Of a stretch of 64,000 nt of DNA, positions 13,126 to 27,100 are shown in pieces. The notes beneath the pieces are model-generated. The model did no database searches and was not told the origin of the DNA. It was given only the letters and a program-made list of their open reading frames with translations. Made by a program: the position numbers and the translations under genes. Position 1 is the first letter of the stretch, and each line of letters begins with the position of its first letter. This DNA comes from Paragordius varius (lineage: Eukaryota > Animalia > Nematomorpha). The stretch is from assembly GCA_964247055.1 (NCBI GenBank), contig OZ176057.1:806001-870000 (forward strand). Direction: 5' to 3'.

Positions 13126-13513
13126 AAGAGGTGTTCAAAACGCGGCACGAGGGCTGCATGTGGCCTTTCATGACACTCTTTAACATTCATGCAATTAAAA
13201 ATTAATGTTAAATAAAAAAATTAATACTAAATTTGGGTTAAATTGAAATATGTATAATTTAGCCTCCGCATTATTTATTATTTTTTTGGCAAAAAATTTG
13301 AAATCCACAATCGATAAAAATATGCTCATAAAATCTCAATAAAATTGATATTTTTTAAACATATTTTCTGAATGCGCATCCAATCGGCAACGAACAAATA
13401 AAAAAATTTGTTTTCTGTCATTTTAAAGTCTTATGTTGTAAATCTAAATAATTATAAATCCCCACATATATCACGAACGGGGCCCGAGAAGCCATTTGTG
13501 TTGGATACCTGTG
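13126..13513. mobile_element. Degenerate hAT-Charlie-like MITE
   Basis: Left AGAGGTGTTCAAAACGCGGCACGAGGGCTGCATGTGGCC; right GGGGCCCGAG...TTGGATACCTGTG; flanks resemble a degenerate NTCTAGAN target. Confidence 0.5.
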
Positions 13514-13964
13514 TGCTAGATCATATATAACCACAAATGCATACTTTTCTTCAAAATATACAAAATTTTGCCAAGCGCTAGTGGTATTATGAAACAGTTA
13601 ATATATGATTCGAAGATGCTAATTAATGATTTGGCATTTTAAACATTTGTTCTCTTAATTTATATAAGTTTTTTCATGAAAACCCACTCAAATTCGTGGT
13701 CGAATCGTAACCAATAATTTAACAAAAAAAACTGAGGTGATAAAAATGTTTTCAACATCACTAAAAAAGCGTTCTATCAGGTCTCTTAAAATATATTGCC
13801 ATCTTCACCTATCTCCAAATCATCCAAAATACGGCTTTTTTAAATATTATTATTATAAAAATTGTGCATTTTTCAATAAACTCTTTTCTGATGTCGCATG
13901 TCCTATACAATGCTCCCAAAATTAGAAAGGGTTATAAAATATCATGATGATTATGTATATTAGG

Positions 13965-14900
13965 ACTTGGTGTTTTTGTGGCCCTTACGAGTGATTCGAT
14001 TTAAATTTTAAGTTCTCCAAATAAAAAATGACAATATCTGTAAATTTATTTTAATTTTTTTGGTGAAATTTAAATGTTCATTCCAAATTATATCACATTA
14101 TAAAAACTAGCTTTAGAAATTAAATAATAAACTTTATTATTTTGATGTGAGCCCCGAAACCAATTATTCATATCTAAAATAGGCTAGTTCTCTCAAAATA
14201 AGACAGAAATGACGGGAACGGGTGATAAAATTTTAAAATCAAAGCTAAATTTTGATACAACTTAAAATAATTTTTTAAAACATTCTTATTTTTTCTAAAT
14301 TTTTGTACTTCATACATACTATTTTAAGGCATGATGGAAACGGTAATCATCTTGGGATATAAAAACTAGAATCCGTGGATGCTGATATTTTCTATCACCG
14401 TAAGTTTAATTTTAATTTACATTCGTCTTCAAATTTGTATTAAATGTGAAATATGCTTTTTTACAAATTCACCAAAATTCAAAAGCAAGCTTTAAATTAA
14501 TTGTCGGAAGCAATGGTAATGTAAGCACAATTGAATCCCATATCATGCTTTTATTCCCTTTTCATCATGGCTCAAAATAGAATGTTGCACACAAAAAAAT
14601 TTTGCTAAAAAAATTAAATGAAATAAGAACTCATTTTGTTATAATATTTTCAATTGATATCGATATATAGCATATATGAGAAATTTTTATCGCACCCCAT
14701 AATTTGTGTTTTCAAACTAAAGACGAGCATAAAACTATTTTTTAAAACTATCGTTTTAGTTTTTTATAATTTTATGATCTATTTTTGATATTTTTTGGAA
14801 TAAGGCCTTTTCCAAAAAAATGTGCGCAAATATTTTGATTCCCTGATATGGAGTTACGAAATTCTAAATTTGAATCACTCGTAGGGCCAAAAAACATTAA
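13965..14900. mobile_element. Non-autonomous TIR element (~0.93 kb)
   Basis: Inverted repeats TTTTTGTGGCCCTTACGAGTGATTCGATTT (~13972-14001) and AATTTGAATCACTCGTAGGGCCAAAAAA (~14867-14894); no ORF inside. Confidence 0.55.
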
Positions 14901-15609
14901 TATTGATACTTTTTGCTATCAGAATATAAGGTATATATTTAATCAGGTTACTTTTTTGTGTACCCTGCATATATCTAATATATTTAACCCCTGAATTTAG
15001 ACATCTTTGTGTTTAGCCTAAAAATATGACATTTTAAAGATAATTGAAGGAGTAAATTAAAGGTTAAAAAATGTAGTTTAATTATTAAACGGTTTATAGT
15101 GTATTTTACTAATATATTTTTTATTTTGTCTATGAGAATGAGGTTTATTTAGCATAATCTGCAAAACGACATTTGTTAAATGAAGCAAACACCCCAAAAG
15201 TGAAAATATTTTTAAATGTATCATAAGTCCCAAAACAAACACCATGATAATCCTGACACATTTTTCGAATAATATTGCGTCATATATTTTTTGGGCACAA
15301 TGTGGTTTGGTAAAATCAAGCAATGTGAAAACTATGTACTTTGGTTATTATAAAAGGCCTTTTAAACTCATAGCTGAACATTTTTATCAAAGCAAAATAA
15401 GTCTATTAAATTTTTATGCAGTTGTCATTCTTATTTTCATGTTTTAGATATCACAAATTTTATAAGTAAAGAAACTTTTTAATCTAATACATTAGAGCCT
15501 TTAATAATTAAATTCTAACCAAAACAACTTTTAAAATTGTAGTTTTTTGTTACTTTAGCATAACAACGAAAAACGACATCGCGTAGAAAAATATATGAAA
15601 TTTTTATAT

Positions 15610-15860
15610 GGTAGGTTGGTTATTCCCAATTCGTAAACGATTTTTTGGATATAGTTTTAACTATTTCTTTCCATTTTTTTCTATCTTTAACCGCTATATT
15701 GAGCTCTTTCAGTGTCATTTTGGTCTCTTCTTTTATCATATCCAACCACCTCATCGGTGGTCGGCCTCGTTTCCTTTGCCCTTCTACCTTCCCAAACATT
15801 GTATCTTTCTCTAGAGAATTCGATCTCATGACATGACCAAAATATGTTAACTTTTTTTGG
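15610..15860 (-). mobile_element. 3' fragment of an RTE/BovB-type LINE
   Basis: Minus-strand translation YFGHVMRSNSLEKDTMFGKVEGQRKRGRPPMRWLDMIKE...KDRKKW, a typical RTE C-terminus. Confidence 0.85.
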
Positions 15861-16046
15861 AATTTTTTCCAGGATGTTGTTTTAGGCTTTATTTCTGTAG
15901 TTAGATTTCCATTCTTAATTTTAATATATTACGAATAATAGGTAATAACACCACACCCCTAATAACAACTATTTTAAAATATTAATAATTTTAATTTATC
16001 ATATGATGCCACATCTCTGCAGGTGGTCGTCTTGAAAGCGTGCTTT

Positions 16047-19000
16047 ATGGATGCACTTAAACATTATTGCGGTGTGGTCGGGGTTTTGTCCACTGGCCTA
16101 GATCCAAATTTAGATGTCTCTCATTTATTGTATATGGGCTTGATTGCACTTCAGCATAGGTATATCTAATTTCTAAAACCATTTTATTAACAAATGGTAA
16201 ACGATTTTATTATTATGGCATTATTAACATATTTTATTCATGTTTTTATAATATATGTATTCTTAATTAAAATAAAAATAAGGTGTTGGATCATTACATC
16301 TTTATTCCTTATTTTACAATCGATAAAGATTTTTTAATAATAAACATTAAATTTTCGCTTTTTAATATTAAATATAAAATTCTATCTTAATTCATATTAT
16401 AATATAACAAATTAGAGGTCAAGAATGTGCTGGTATAGTGGTTAAACCTTTTCACTCTGATATGAATGAAAATATGGAATATTCTGGAAATGATACAAAT
16501 TTTAAAATGATTAAAGCCAAAGGTTTGATATCCCATTCGTTTACGAGCGAAAATTTGTCCCAACTCAAAGGAGGACAGTATGTAATTTTTTTATTTATTA
16601 ATTCTTTAATATATTTTTTCCTTTAAGATTTAATGGTTTAAACAATGTTTTTTTATTTTAATATTCAAGTTTTATTTTATGCTTACTCACTTTTTTTAGT
16701 TTATTTTATTTTTTAGGATTTTACGATAAAAATTATAACTAAAACATAAATATCTAAAAGACAAATATTCCATAGCAATATTACCATGTCTTTTGAATCT
16801 TGATTTTTTTAACCATCATTTTGGGTCGTACGAAATAGGTATTAGAGATATAAATTGATATATTTAACTATCCATTTACAATTCAGTATTGTTTAAAAAT
16901 TCAAATTTACCCTTGTATTAAAATTCACCCTTGAACAATTAATCTTAATCAATTCAAATTTCCCTTTAAATAAATTATGTGTTTTTTTTACTATTTAATA
17001 AATACCTTTTATTTAATATTTATAAAATATGAAATTCTGTTTTAAAATTAATGTATAATGGTGAAAAAATAATAAAATATGTCATAAAAATATATTTCAT
17101 ATGAATGATGTGATATATTAGCCTGAAAAAACATAATTTATTTTTAGTAAATATATATATATATATATATATTTATAGTAGAACATATTCCTTTGAGTAT
17201 TTTGAAAAAAATCATGACTTAAATTAACTTGTTTTAGTTTTCATACAATTATCAATTTTTACATGTGAAAAAGCCCTAATATTTAAGTTATAATCGTTTT
17301 TTAGGGTTGAAAATATTTTTTAAAGACTTCTTACTTAGTATTTTAAAGCTGCCTCTCTAAGATATAATAGGATGGGTAAAAAATAAAATTTGAAATTTTT
17401 CCAAAATAGTTTAAATATATACTGGAGAAAAATATTTTTTTGCAAATTTATTTTTTTGTGATTCCTACTAAAATGGTTCATGATATGGATATTCTTAATT
17501 TTATATTGAAAAGGGGAAAGGGGTGATTTATTAAAAAAATATTTGTTTATATTTTTAGATTTTATAAAACACATATTTCTTTTTATAAAATTATATATTT
17601 AAATTGGGTTTATAATGAATGAGTTTTAAAATTATGTATGAAAAAATGATTATTAAATGATATAAATATTCATTCAATTAATTAATCAAGTATCATGAAA
17701 TTAAATTGCTGTTTTAAAGAAAACATTGAAATATAATTTTTATACCATTTATAACACTAGACAACAAATTTTTTCTCCACTCGAGTTTTTTGCATTTTTT
17801 GATATTTAATATCATTTTAACAGTAAATCTGAAATAAAAATTATAACTCGTTGGAAGAATTTTGTATAATTTGATTTTTTAGATTATGCGCCCTCTTTAT
17901 CAAAATTTTACTAAAAAATGTTTTTCTTTGAAAGTATACAAGTAATGCCCATTTGTAATATATCATTCGAAAGAGTATTAAAAACTCTATAAAATGTATA
18001 CTAATATGTATTACATCGACAGTTAATATTGGACACAAAGAGCGACAAACGCGCGAAGCGAGAGCATTTTTTTTAATTATAATATTTTTAAAACTAATAG
18101 ATGAAAATAGCTCAAACATTGTTTAGATGGAGATGAATGTCCAAAAAAGATAACACAAGAAAGTTTTTTTTGATTAAAACATTTTTTATTGCTTTTATGT
18201 CACTCAAAACAGCCATTTTTAAGTTTTTTGTTTTTTAAAAATTACCATCTCATCAATATTAATTTATTTTCTATACAAGGCTGATAATTTCGAGAATTTA
18301 AAAATAAAAACAAAGTTTAAGGCATTTTTGATCTTTTATAGCCATTATGTAATAAATTTACAGTTATAACTATGCATTTTAGTATCCACTAGGTAAAATA
18401 TTTATAATAATTATAATTTTTATTAAAAAAGCAAACCAAAAGCTTTTCCAAACATTTTTTTTAAATTAAATACTAATATAACCCTAATAATAATATTAAA
18501 ATAATTTAAATGATTTAAAAATTAGTTTGTCTGTGAAAATTCCTGACTTATTTAAGGGTTGAAAATTTTGACCATTTAAATCCAAATAACTTTTACATCC
18601 GATTGATTTAATTGACTTACTACCATTTAAAAGATGCAGTTTTTTGCGCTCTTTCGAATGATATAAAATACATGGCTTCATATCTAAAACTTTAAATTTA
18701 TGAAATTTCGAGTTTAATGTTAAATCGGGGCCAAAAATTATCGATAAACTCTAATATAATAAAATTCTTTCATGTAGGACCAATTTTCTTTTCAGATATA
18801 CTAATTATGTACTTTAATGAAATAAATTTTAAATTTACAAGAATGGATGTTAAAAAAAGTTAAAATTTGTTGTCTAGTGTAATTCAAATATACCCTAAAA
18901 AATTATGTGTTTTCGAACTAATATAACTCATCATTAAAAAGAAAGATATTTCTATGGCATAGTTTATTATTTTTTCAGCATTATATTAATTTTAACCAAA

Positions 19001-20166
19001 ATATAATATTTTATAAATATTATGAAATAAAGGTAATTTTTAAGCTTAAAAACCCATAGGGTTGAATTTTAATTGTTCGAGAGTAAATTTGAATTGTTCG
19101 AGGGTGAATTTAAATTGTTCAAGGGTGAATTTGAACTGTAAATATAATTCAAGAATAAAATATTTAGACCAAATTCAGAGGAGATTTAGTTTTAAATGAA
19201 ATAGTTAATTTTTGTATTTTGAAAAATTCAATAGTTTAATTGAAAAAAATATGTAGTTTACACCTAAAATATATAAGTAAAAACTTCAATCCAATAGATT
19301 GTTAACCTATTTTATACGATTGTTAAAATAAACTAAAATTATAAAGATGAATCCTAAAAAACATCTGATTATTGACTAAGTAAATTTGTTTTTCAAATTT
19401 TAATTATTACATGTGTACGCGATTCAAATTGTACAGTAAAAATGCAATTTATTCGGACAAAACGTATAAATTATAAAGTAAATATTTTTATCTAAAAGAC
19501 AACCATACTTTTAAACCTTAGTATTTCTTATATTGGAATTTTTAATTACGCCTGAAATGAATAAAATTGATTATGTTACTAATAGACATCTCTTTTCTTG
19601 CTTTCAAATTACAACAATAAATTATAATTGCATAAAATTAATATTTAGAAAATATGTATCTTTTATTAGAAAAAAATAATATTTGTCACCATATTTTTAC
19701 GTTTTATCCGTATAATTACAACTTTTATACAGTATATTTTTAAAATTTATATATTTTTGATTAATTTAAATTAAATATATTTAATTCTAAAATATAAATA
19801 TATTATTTTTAATTATTTTTAAAATATACCATTTACAGTTTAAATTCACCCTTAACCAATTCAAATTCACCCTCGAATAATTTAAATTCACCCTTGAACA
19901 TTCAAATTCACCCTAAAAATAAATTATGTCTTTTCGAACTAACTTACCTCATTAACTATTATGAAATATATCTTTATGGCATAATTTATTATTTTTTTTT
20001 AGTATTATTTTAATTGAAAACAAAATTTTATTTTTTAAAAATATATAAAAATATAGGTAATTCTAAATTTTAAAAAACATAATTATTTGAGGGTGATATG
20101 ATTTGTTCGAGGATTTAAATTGTTTAAGGGTGAATTTGAATTGTAAATAGTATATATATTATATAA

Positions 20167-20225
<59 letters not shown>

Positions 20226-20321
20226 TTAAGTTATTTGGTAAGAAATTTTAATTGTTAAAAAAATGTTTTGATTGTTGAACATATGCTTCATTTCTGGAAA
20301 CAAAACCTAAAAAAACTTTTT

Positions 20322-20365
<44 letters not shown>

Positions 20366-20504
20366 ATTAATTTCAAAGATATATTTATTTCTAAAAAAAT
20401 TTATAAATTTGCTCTAATTCCAACTTATACTAATATTTATATACATTTTTTAAATTTGATTTAATTTTAACTTTACTAAAATTATATATTTATTTGATTA
20501 ATTT

Positions 20505-20544
<40 letters not shown>

Positions 20545-20639
20545 AAGTTATTTGGCAAGAAATTTTAATTGTTAAAAAAATGTTGTTATTGTTGAAAATA
20601 TATGCTTGATTGTTGGAAACAAAACCTTAAAAAGTTTTA

Positions 20640-20673
<34 letters not shown>

Positions 20674-20929
20674 TTATATGTCTAAACTTTTATATATTTT
20701 TGATGAATTTTAATTTTAAATATATTTATCTCTAAAAAATTTTAGATATATACTTATATTGTATTTTTGATTAATTTTATATTTATAAAATATATATTTA
20801 TTTATGTATATTTTTGATTAATTTCAAATATATATTTTAATTTTGATTAACTAATATATATATACATTTTTCAAATTTAATTTAATTTCAACTTTTACTA
20901 AAATCTATATATATATATATATATTATAT

Positions 20930-20972
<43 letters not shown>

Positions 20973-21062
20973 CTAAAATTTTATATATTTTTATTTCTAA
21001 TTAATTTTAATTTGAAATATATATTTTATAATATATATTTTTAAGATTTTATATATTTTAGA

Positions 21063-21109
<47 letters not shown>

Positions 21110-24100
21110 ATTTTTGATTAATTTTGAATATATTTATTTCTAAAAAATTAAATATTTATATTTTTAATTAATTTTAAATTTATATTTCTAAAAAATTTTA
21201 GATTAGGTTTAGGGCATACGCGTTATTCCACACAAGCCGGTAGCGATATGGTTAATTGTCAACCCTTTATAGTTCACACAAATTGTGGACAGCTAGCTTT
21301 GGCCCATAATGGTGAACTTATGAATGCTTCTAAGCTTAGAAATAAAGTTTTTTCTAAATTTGATTTAAGAAAAAACTTAAAAAAACTTTAAAAGAAATAA
21401 AGTTTGTCTTTTTATATAAAACTTTTTTAAATTTGGTTTTAATATACTTAAATTCTCTAGTAATATGGGGTTTTAAAACTAAAAAATGGTTGTTTTTAAA
21501 CTTTGGAATCTAAAACAATTTGGAATAATAAAAATATGTAAGCTAACCTTAGAAATAAAGTTTGCTTCTAAAAAACTCTTTTTAACTTTTTTTTTGGTTT
21601 TAAATATACTTTTAAGATAATTTTATTTTCTACTATAAGGGTTTAAAACTAAAAAGTGGTTTTTTTAAACTTTGGAATTATAAAAATATCATTTTGGCTT
21701 ATAATGGAGAACTTATGAATGCTGCTAAGCTTAGAAATAAAGTTTGCTTACTATAAAAAACTCTTTTAAAATTTTTTTTAAAACTTTTTTTTGCTTTAAA
21801 TATACTTTTTTTGTCTTCTAATATAATATTTAAAAAATGGTTGTTTTAAACTTTTTTTGGCATTTAAACGAAATATTATAGCTTACTGGAGAACTTATGA
21901 ATGCTGCTAACTTAGAAATAAAGTTTGACTTTTATAGTTTAAAAAACTTTTTCCTAAAACTTTTTTAAAATTTTTTTTTCTAAAATTCGTCTAAATTTGT
22001 TTTATTAAATATACCATTTACAGTTCAAATTCACCCTTGAACAATTCAAATTCACCCTCGAACAATTCAAATTCACCCTAAAAATAAATTATGTGTTTTC
22101 GAACAAATATAATTCATTATTAATATAAAATATATCTTTATGGCATAATTAATTATTTTTTTCAGTATTATTTTAATTTAAAACAAAATTTTATTTTTTA
22201 AAAATATATAAAAATATAGGTAATTTTTAATCTTAAAAAACACGTTATTTATTTTAGGGTGATTGTTCAAGGCTGAATTTGAATTGTTTAAGGGTGAATT
22301 TGAATTGTTTAAGGGTGAATTTGAACTGTAAATGGTATAATATGGGGTTTAACACTAAAAAATGGTTTTTTTAAACTTTTCTAAACGAAATTGGAATTTT
22401 GCTAAATGAATAACTTATGAATGCAGCTAGAATAAAGTTTGCTCACTATAAAAAACTCTTTTAAAACTCTTTTAAAACTTTTTTTTTGGTTTAAATACTC
22501 TATGGGGTTTAAAATTAAAAAATGGTTGTTTTTAAACTTTGGAATTATAAAAATATGATTTTGGCTTACAATGGAAAACTTATGAATGCTGCTAAGCTTA
22601 GAAATAAAGTTTGCTTTTACTTTAAAAACTCTTTTAAAACACTTTTAAACTTTTTTTTGAAAAACCTAAAAAATTTTAAACTTTGAAACAAAATTTGCTT
22701 ACTATAAAATACTTTTCTAAATTGGTTAAATATACTTTTAATATAATTTTATTTTTTACTATAAGGGTTTAAAACTATCATAAAAATATGATTTTGGCTT
22801 ATAATGGGGAACTTATGAATGCTGCTAAGCTTAGAAATAAAGTTTCTTTTAAAAACTTTTCTAAAACTTTTTTTATTTTAATATTTTTATTCTCTAGTAA
22901 TATGGGGTTTAATACTAAAAATGGTTGTTTTTGAACCTTTTTTTGGCATTTAAACGAAATAAGTAATAAAAATTTGGTTTAATGGTGAACTTATGAATGC
23001 TGCTAACCTTAGAAACAAAGTTTGTTTTTTTATGCTTTATAAACTTTTCTAAAACTTTTCTAACACTTTTTTCAGGTTTTAATACGTTTAATATGTAATT
23101 TTTAGGGTTTAAAATTAAAAAGTGGTTGTTTTTGACCTTTTTTTGGCATTTTAAGCCAAATTGGTATTATAAAAATATGATTTTGGCTCATTTGGAGAAC
23201 TTATGAATGCTGCTAAGCTTAGAAATAAACTTTGCTTAAAAAAACTTTTCTAAAACTTTTAAAACTTTTTTTGGTTTTAAATTTTCTAGTAATATGGGGT
23301 TTAAAATTAAAAAATGGATTAAACGAAATTGGAATTATAAAAATATGATTTTGGCTTAATAGAGAACTTATGAATGCTGCTAAACTTAGAAATAAAGTTT
23401 GCCTAATTTCAAAATTTAAGTTTTCAATACCTTTTTTTCTATAAAAAGTGTTTTTTTACTGTTTTAAGGTCTTAGTTTAACTTACATAACTTTTTTGAAT
23501 TATAAAAAGTTATTTTTCTTAGTGGGTTTTGATACTAATTTTAAAATTTAACAAAAAAATGTCCTATATAATAATATGAAATATTGTCAACCATTTGTTG
23601 TTTACGCAATTTGTGGACATATAGTATTGTTTCACAAACTTAAATATTTCGGGTTTTTTTGTAATTTTTTAATGTTTTTTATCTAATAATTGAAATAAAT
23701 TATACCTTAATTACAAAAAATAAAAAGACATTTTTTTCAAGGAACCAACTATATATCATAAATCCTGATTTTTTAATTATTACTCATTTGAATTAAATGA
23801 GGATTAGGGATACCAATAAATACTTCTCCCTATTATGTAGTATAATAGTAATTTTTATACATAGTTTGTACATAAAAATTAAGTTTTCTTTAAAACAATC
23901 TTTTTCCAAATAAAATAATTGTCTTTAACTTTTTTTATTTTACAATTTTTTTTCAATTTTAATTTTAATTTCAATTTCAATTATCTTTCTGTAGATTCAA
24001 AAACGTGGGGTAGGCTTATCAACCTCATCAGATAGTGAATTAATATCTCAAATCCTATCAATTGCTTTGCCCACAGAACATGATTATTTGCCCTCTGAAA

Positions 24101-27100
24101 CTAATAATGTACCTGATTGGAAAAATCGGATTATAGCATTTATGCAAGGTAGCTATCTTTTAGGTTTTAACTTTAGTTTTTTGCCATTGGATTTTTGGTT
24201 AAAATAAATTTCTATATTTATGGAGTTTTTTGATAAAAAAAAGTATCGTATTTTACACTTTTTATATGCAAAAAAAGTATATAGACTTTTTTTAGATTGT
24301 CAGTATTTTTCTGTTTAGTTAAATATAAAATAATACGGACAAAAAATATAAAGACAAATATTTTTTCCAATATAAAACTATACTTTTTGAACGCCAAAGT
24401 ATTGAATAGAAATGTATATTAGTAACAAATTAAATTTTACGATTGAAATGTTTTAAATAGGATAAATTAAAGTTTAAAAAGTATGGTTGTACTTTGAAAA
24501 AAATATTTTGTCTTTATATATTTATGGTTTTTCCGTATAATTACATTTTTTACTGTAATTTAAATTACTTTATAAATTTAATTCAACGGTAAAAATTATA
24601 TAATGGTTTTCTAAAAAAAATTTTTTATAGTAACCTTTAAAAATTATCCGAATTCATATATTTTCTCTAAGTTAAGTTAATACAATTCAAAAAAATGATA
24701 TCTTGAACAAAAAATATCACTCTTGAGATTTATTGTGTTTATTTTTATATATAGTTTTCAATAAAGAAACATTCACGATTGGTTTTAAGTTAAATTTTAT
24801 CCAATTTTTTATTTAAAATTTTGGTTTATATATTTACCAATTACAATTCAAATTCACCCTCAAACTATTAAAGTTCACTCTTAAACAATTCAAATTCACC
24901 CTTAAATAAATTATTTGTTATTTGAGATAATAAATTACCCATATTTTTAGAAAATAAAATTTTATTTTAAATAAAAATAATACTGAAAAAATATTAAACT
25001 ATGCCATAAAGATGTATTCCATATTAAAGATTAGTTATATTGGCCCGAAAACACAATTTATGCTTAAGGTGAATTTGAATTGTTCAGGGGGGAATTTGAA
25101 TTGTTCAAGGGTGAATTTGAATTGTTCGAGGGTGAATTTGAATTGTTCAAGGGGGAATTTGAATTGTTCGAGGGTGAATTTGAATTGTTCGAGGGCGAAT
25201 TTGAATTGTTCGAGGGCGAATTTGAATTGTTAAAGGGTGAATTTGAATTGTTCAAGAGTGAATTTGAATTGAAGGGAGAATTCGAATTGTTTAAGGGTGA
25301 ATTTGAATTGTTAAAGGGTGAAATTGAACTGTAAATGCTATATAAATAATCATGTTTTTTTTGCATAGAAAGCTTGATAAGTTATTCATTGCTAATTTTA
25401 CACGAGAATTCTATATGGGCTGTGAGGGACCCATTTGGAAATAGACCACTGTGTATTGGGAAAATTGAAAGCGAAAATTGCAATAATAATGGTATATTTT
25501 TTTAAATTTAACTTTTAAATAATTTTATAAAATATTTTTTTTGTAAAATATTATAAAATTTCAAAAAAATATTTATTTGTTGGACCTTAATAAACCCCTT
25601 AATTTAAAAAATTGTTTGTGATTATTTAAAAAATTTGAAAGTTTTAAACCGCAATTTTCAAAAATAAATTTCTTATATTTTATTAATCGATATAAATAAG
25701 TAAATGGACTTTAACCATTTATTTTTTATTTATTGATTATATTCATATTATGGCAACACACAATAAAAAACTGTATTTTTATCTTAATAACCTTTTTTTC
25801 TAAAATTTTGAGTTTAGAAAAAAATTGTTAACCAAAAAAGAAATTTTAATTTAAAGCCCTTGAAATGAAATATTTATTATATATATGCTTATTAAACGAA
25901 ATTTAAATTACTTTCAAATTTATATATTTTTTTCAAATTATGTAAATTTCTATGGATTTTTTATTTTATTGTAGTTTTAGCTTGGGTGATTGCTTCAGAA
26001 TCCTGTGCTTTTGGACCCCTTGGTGGAAAGTATATAAATTTAATTCAGAACTTTAAAATTAATTATATAACGAAAATTATTTAGATTTTACTTTTCATAA
26101 AACGAACATAATTTAGAAATTTTTACTTTTTATAAAACGAAAATTATTTAGGAATTTTTTACTTTTTATAAAACGAAAATAATTTAGGAATTAATTTAAA
26201 ATTAAAACACAAATAATTTAGAAATTTTTTACTTTTTATAAAACGAACAAAATTTAGAAATTTTTTACTTTTTATAAAACGAAAATAATTTAGGATTTTT
26301 TCACTTTTTATAAAACAAAAATAATTTATGAATTTTTTACTTTTTATAAAACGAAATAATTTAGGAATTTTTTACTTTTTATAAAACGATAATAATTTAG
26401 GAATTTTTTACTTTTTATAAAACGAAAATAATTTAGGAATTTTTTACTTTTTATAAAACGAAAATAATTTAGAATGCAGTAAAAAAATTATAATGAAAAT
26501 ATTTTAGGTTTTTTTTATTTTTATTTAACAAAAATAATTTAGAAAATTTTTTCTATTTATAAAACGAAAATAATTTAATTTTCTTTTTATAAGACACAAA
26601 TAATTTAAAATTTAGTGAAAAAATTATAAAAAACAAAGCTTAAAGCATGTTTTAATTAAATCGAAAATAATTTTTTGAGATAATTGATTAAATTGTGTAA
26701 AAAACACAATTTTACAATAAAAACATAAAAAATTATAATTAAAGCAAAACTTAGAAAAAAGATTAATTTTGTATTGTTAAAAATATTAAATAATGTCTTA
26801 CTAATTTTTCTGTTAACCAAAGGTGCTATGTTAAAATATTTTAAATTTCCAAAAATATGGTTTATTTTAAAAAGATATCAATCACCCTTTATTTTTTTCT
26901 TCAAAAGGTTTGATAAAAATTATAATTATTGACTAATTAATTTATTAATCAAAAAATGTTTTAAACTTTCATGTTAATTAATAATTGCACATATATTATT
27001 TAATAATTGATAACTTATAAAATTATTTTTATTTTTACAGATTTTATCGTGAAATTTTACCTGGAGAAATTGTACAGCTTTCAAAAATACATCCTGAACC

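Noticed and set aside
12629-14400. Isolated exon-like segments (12629-12680; 14329-14399)
   Set aside because: No coherent spliced frame; the second has stops in all three frames and lies inside a TIR element.
25012-25366. Periodic ORFs (FELFKGE)n, (NSNSPLN)n, (VNLNCSR)n, also at 45694-45900 and 52394-52823
   Set aside because: Translations of the 21-bp (7-codon) MITE family A repeat, not proteins.
25068-26590. Short regular repeats as a CRISPR array
   Set aside because: Eukaryotic context, no unique spacers, no cas genes.
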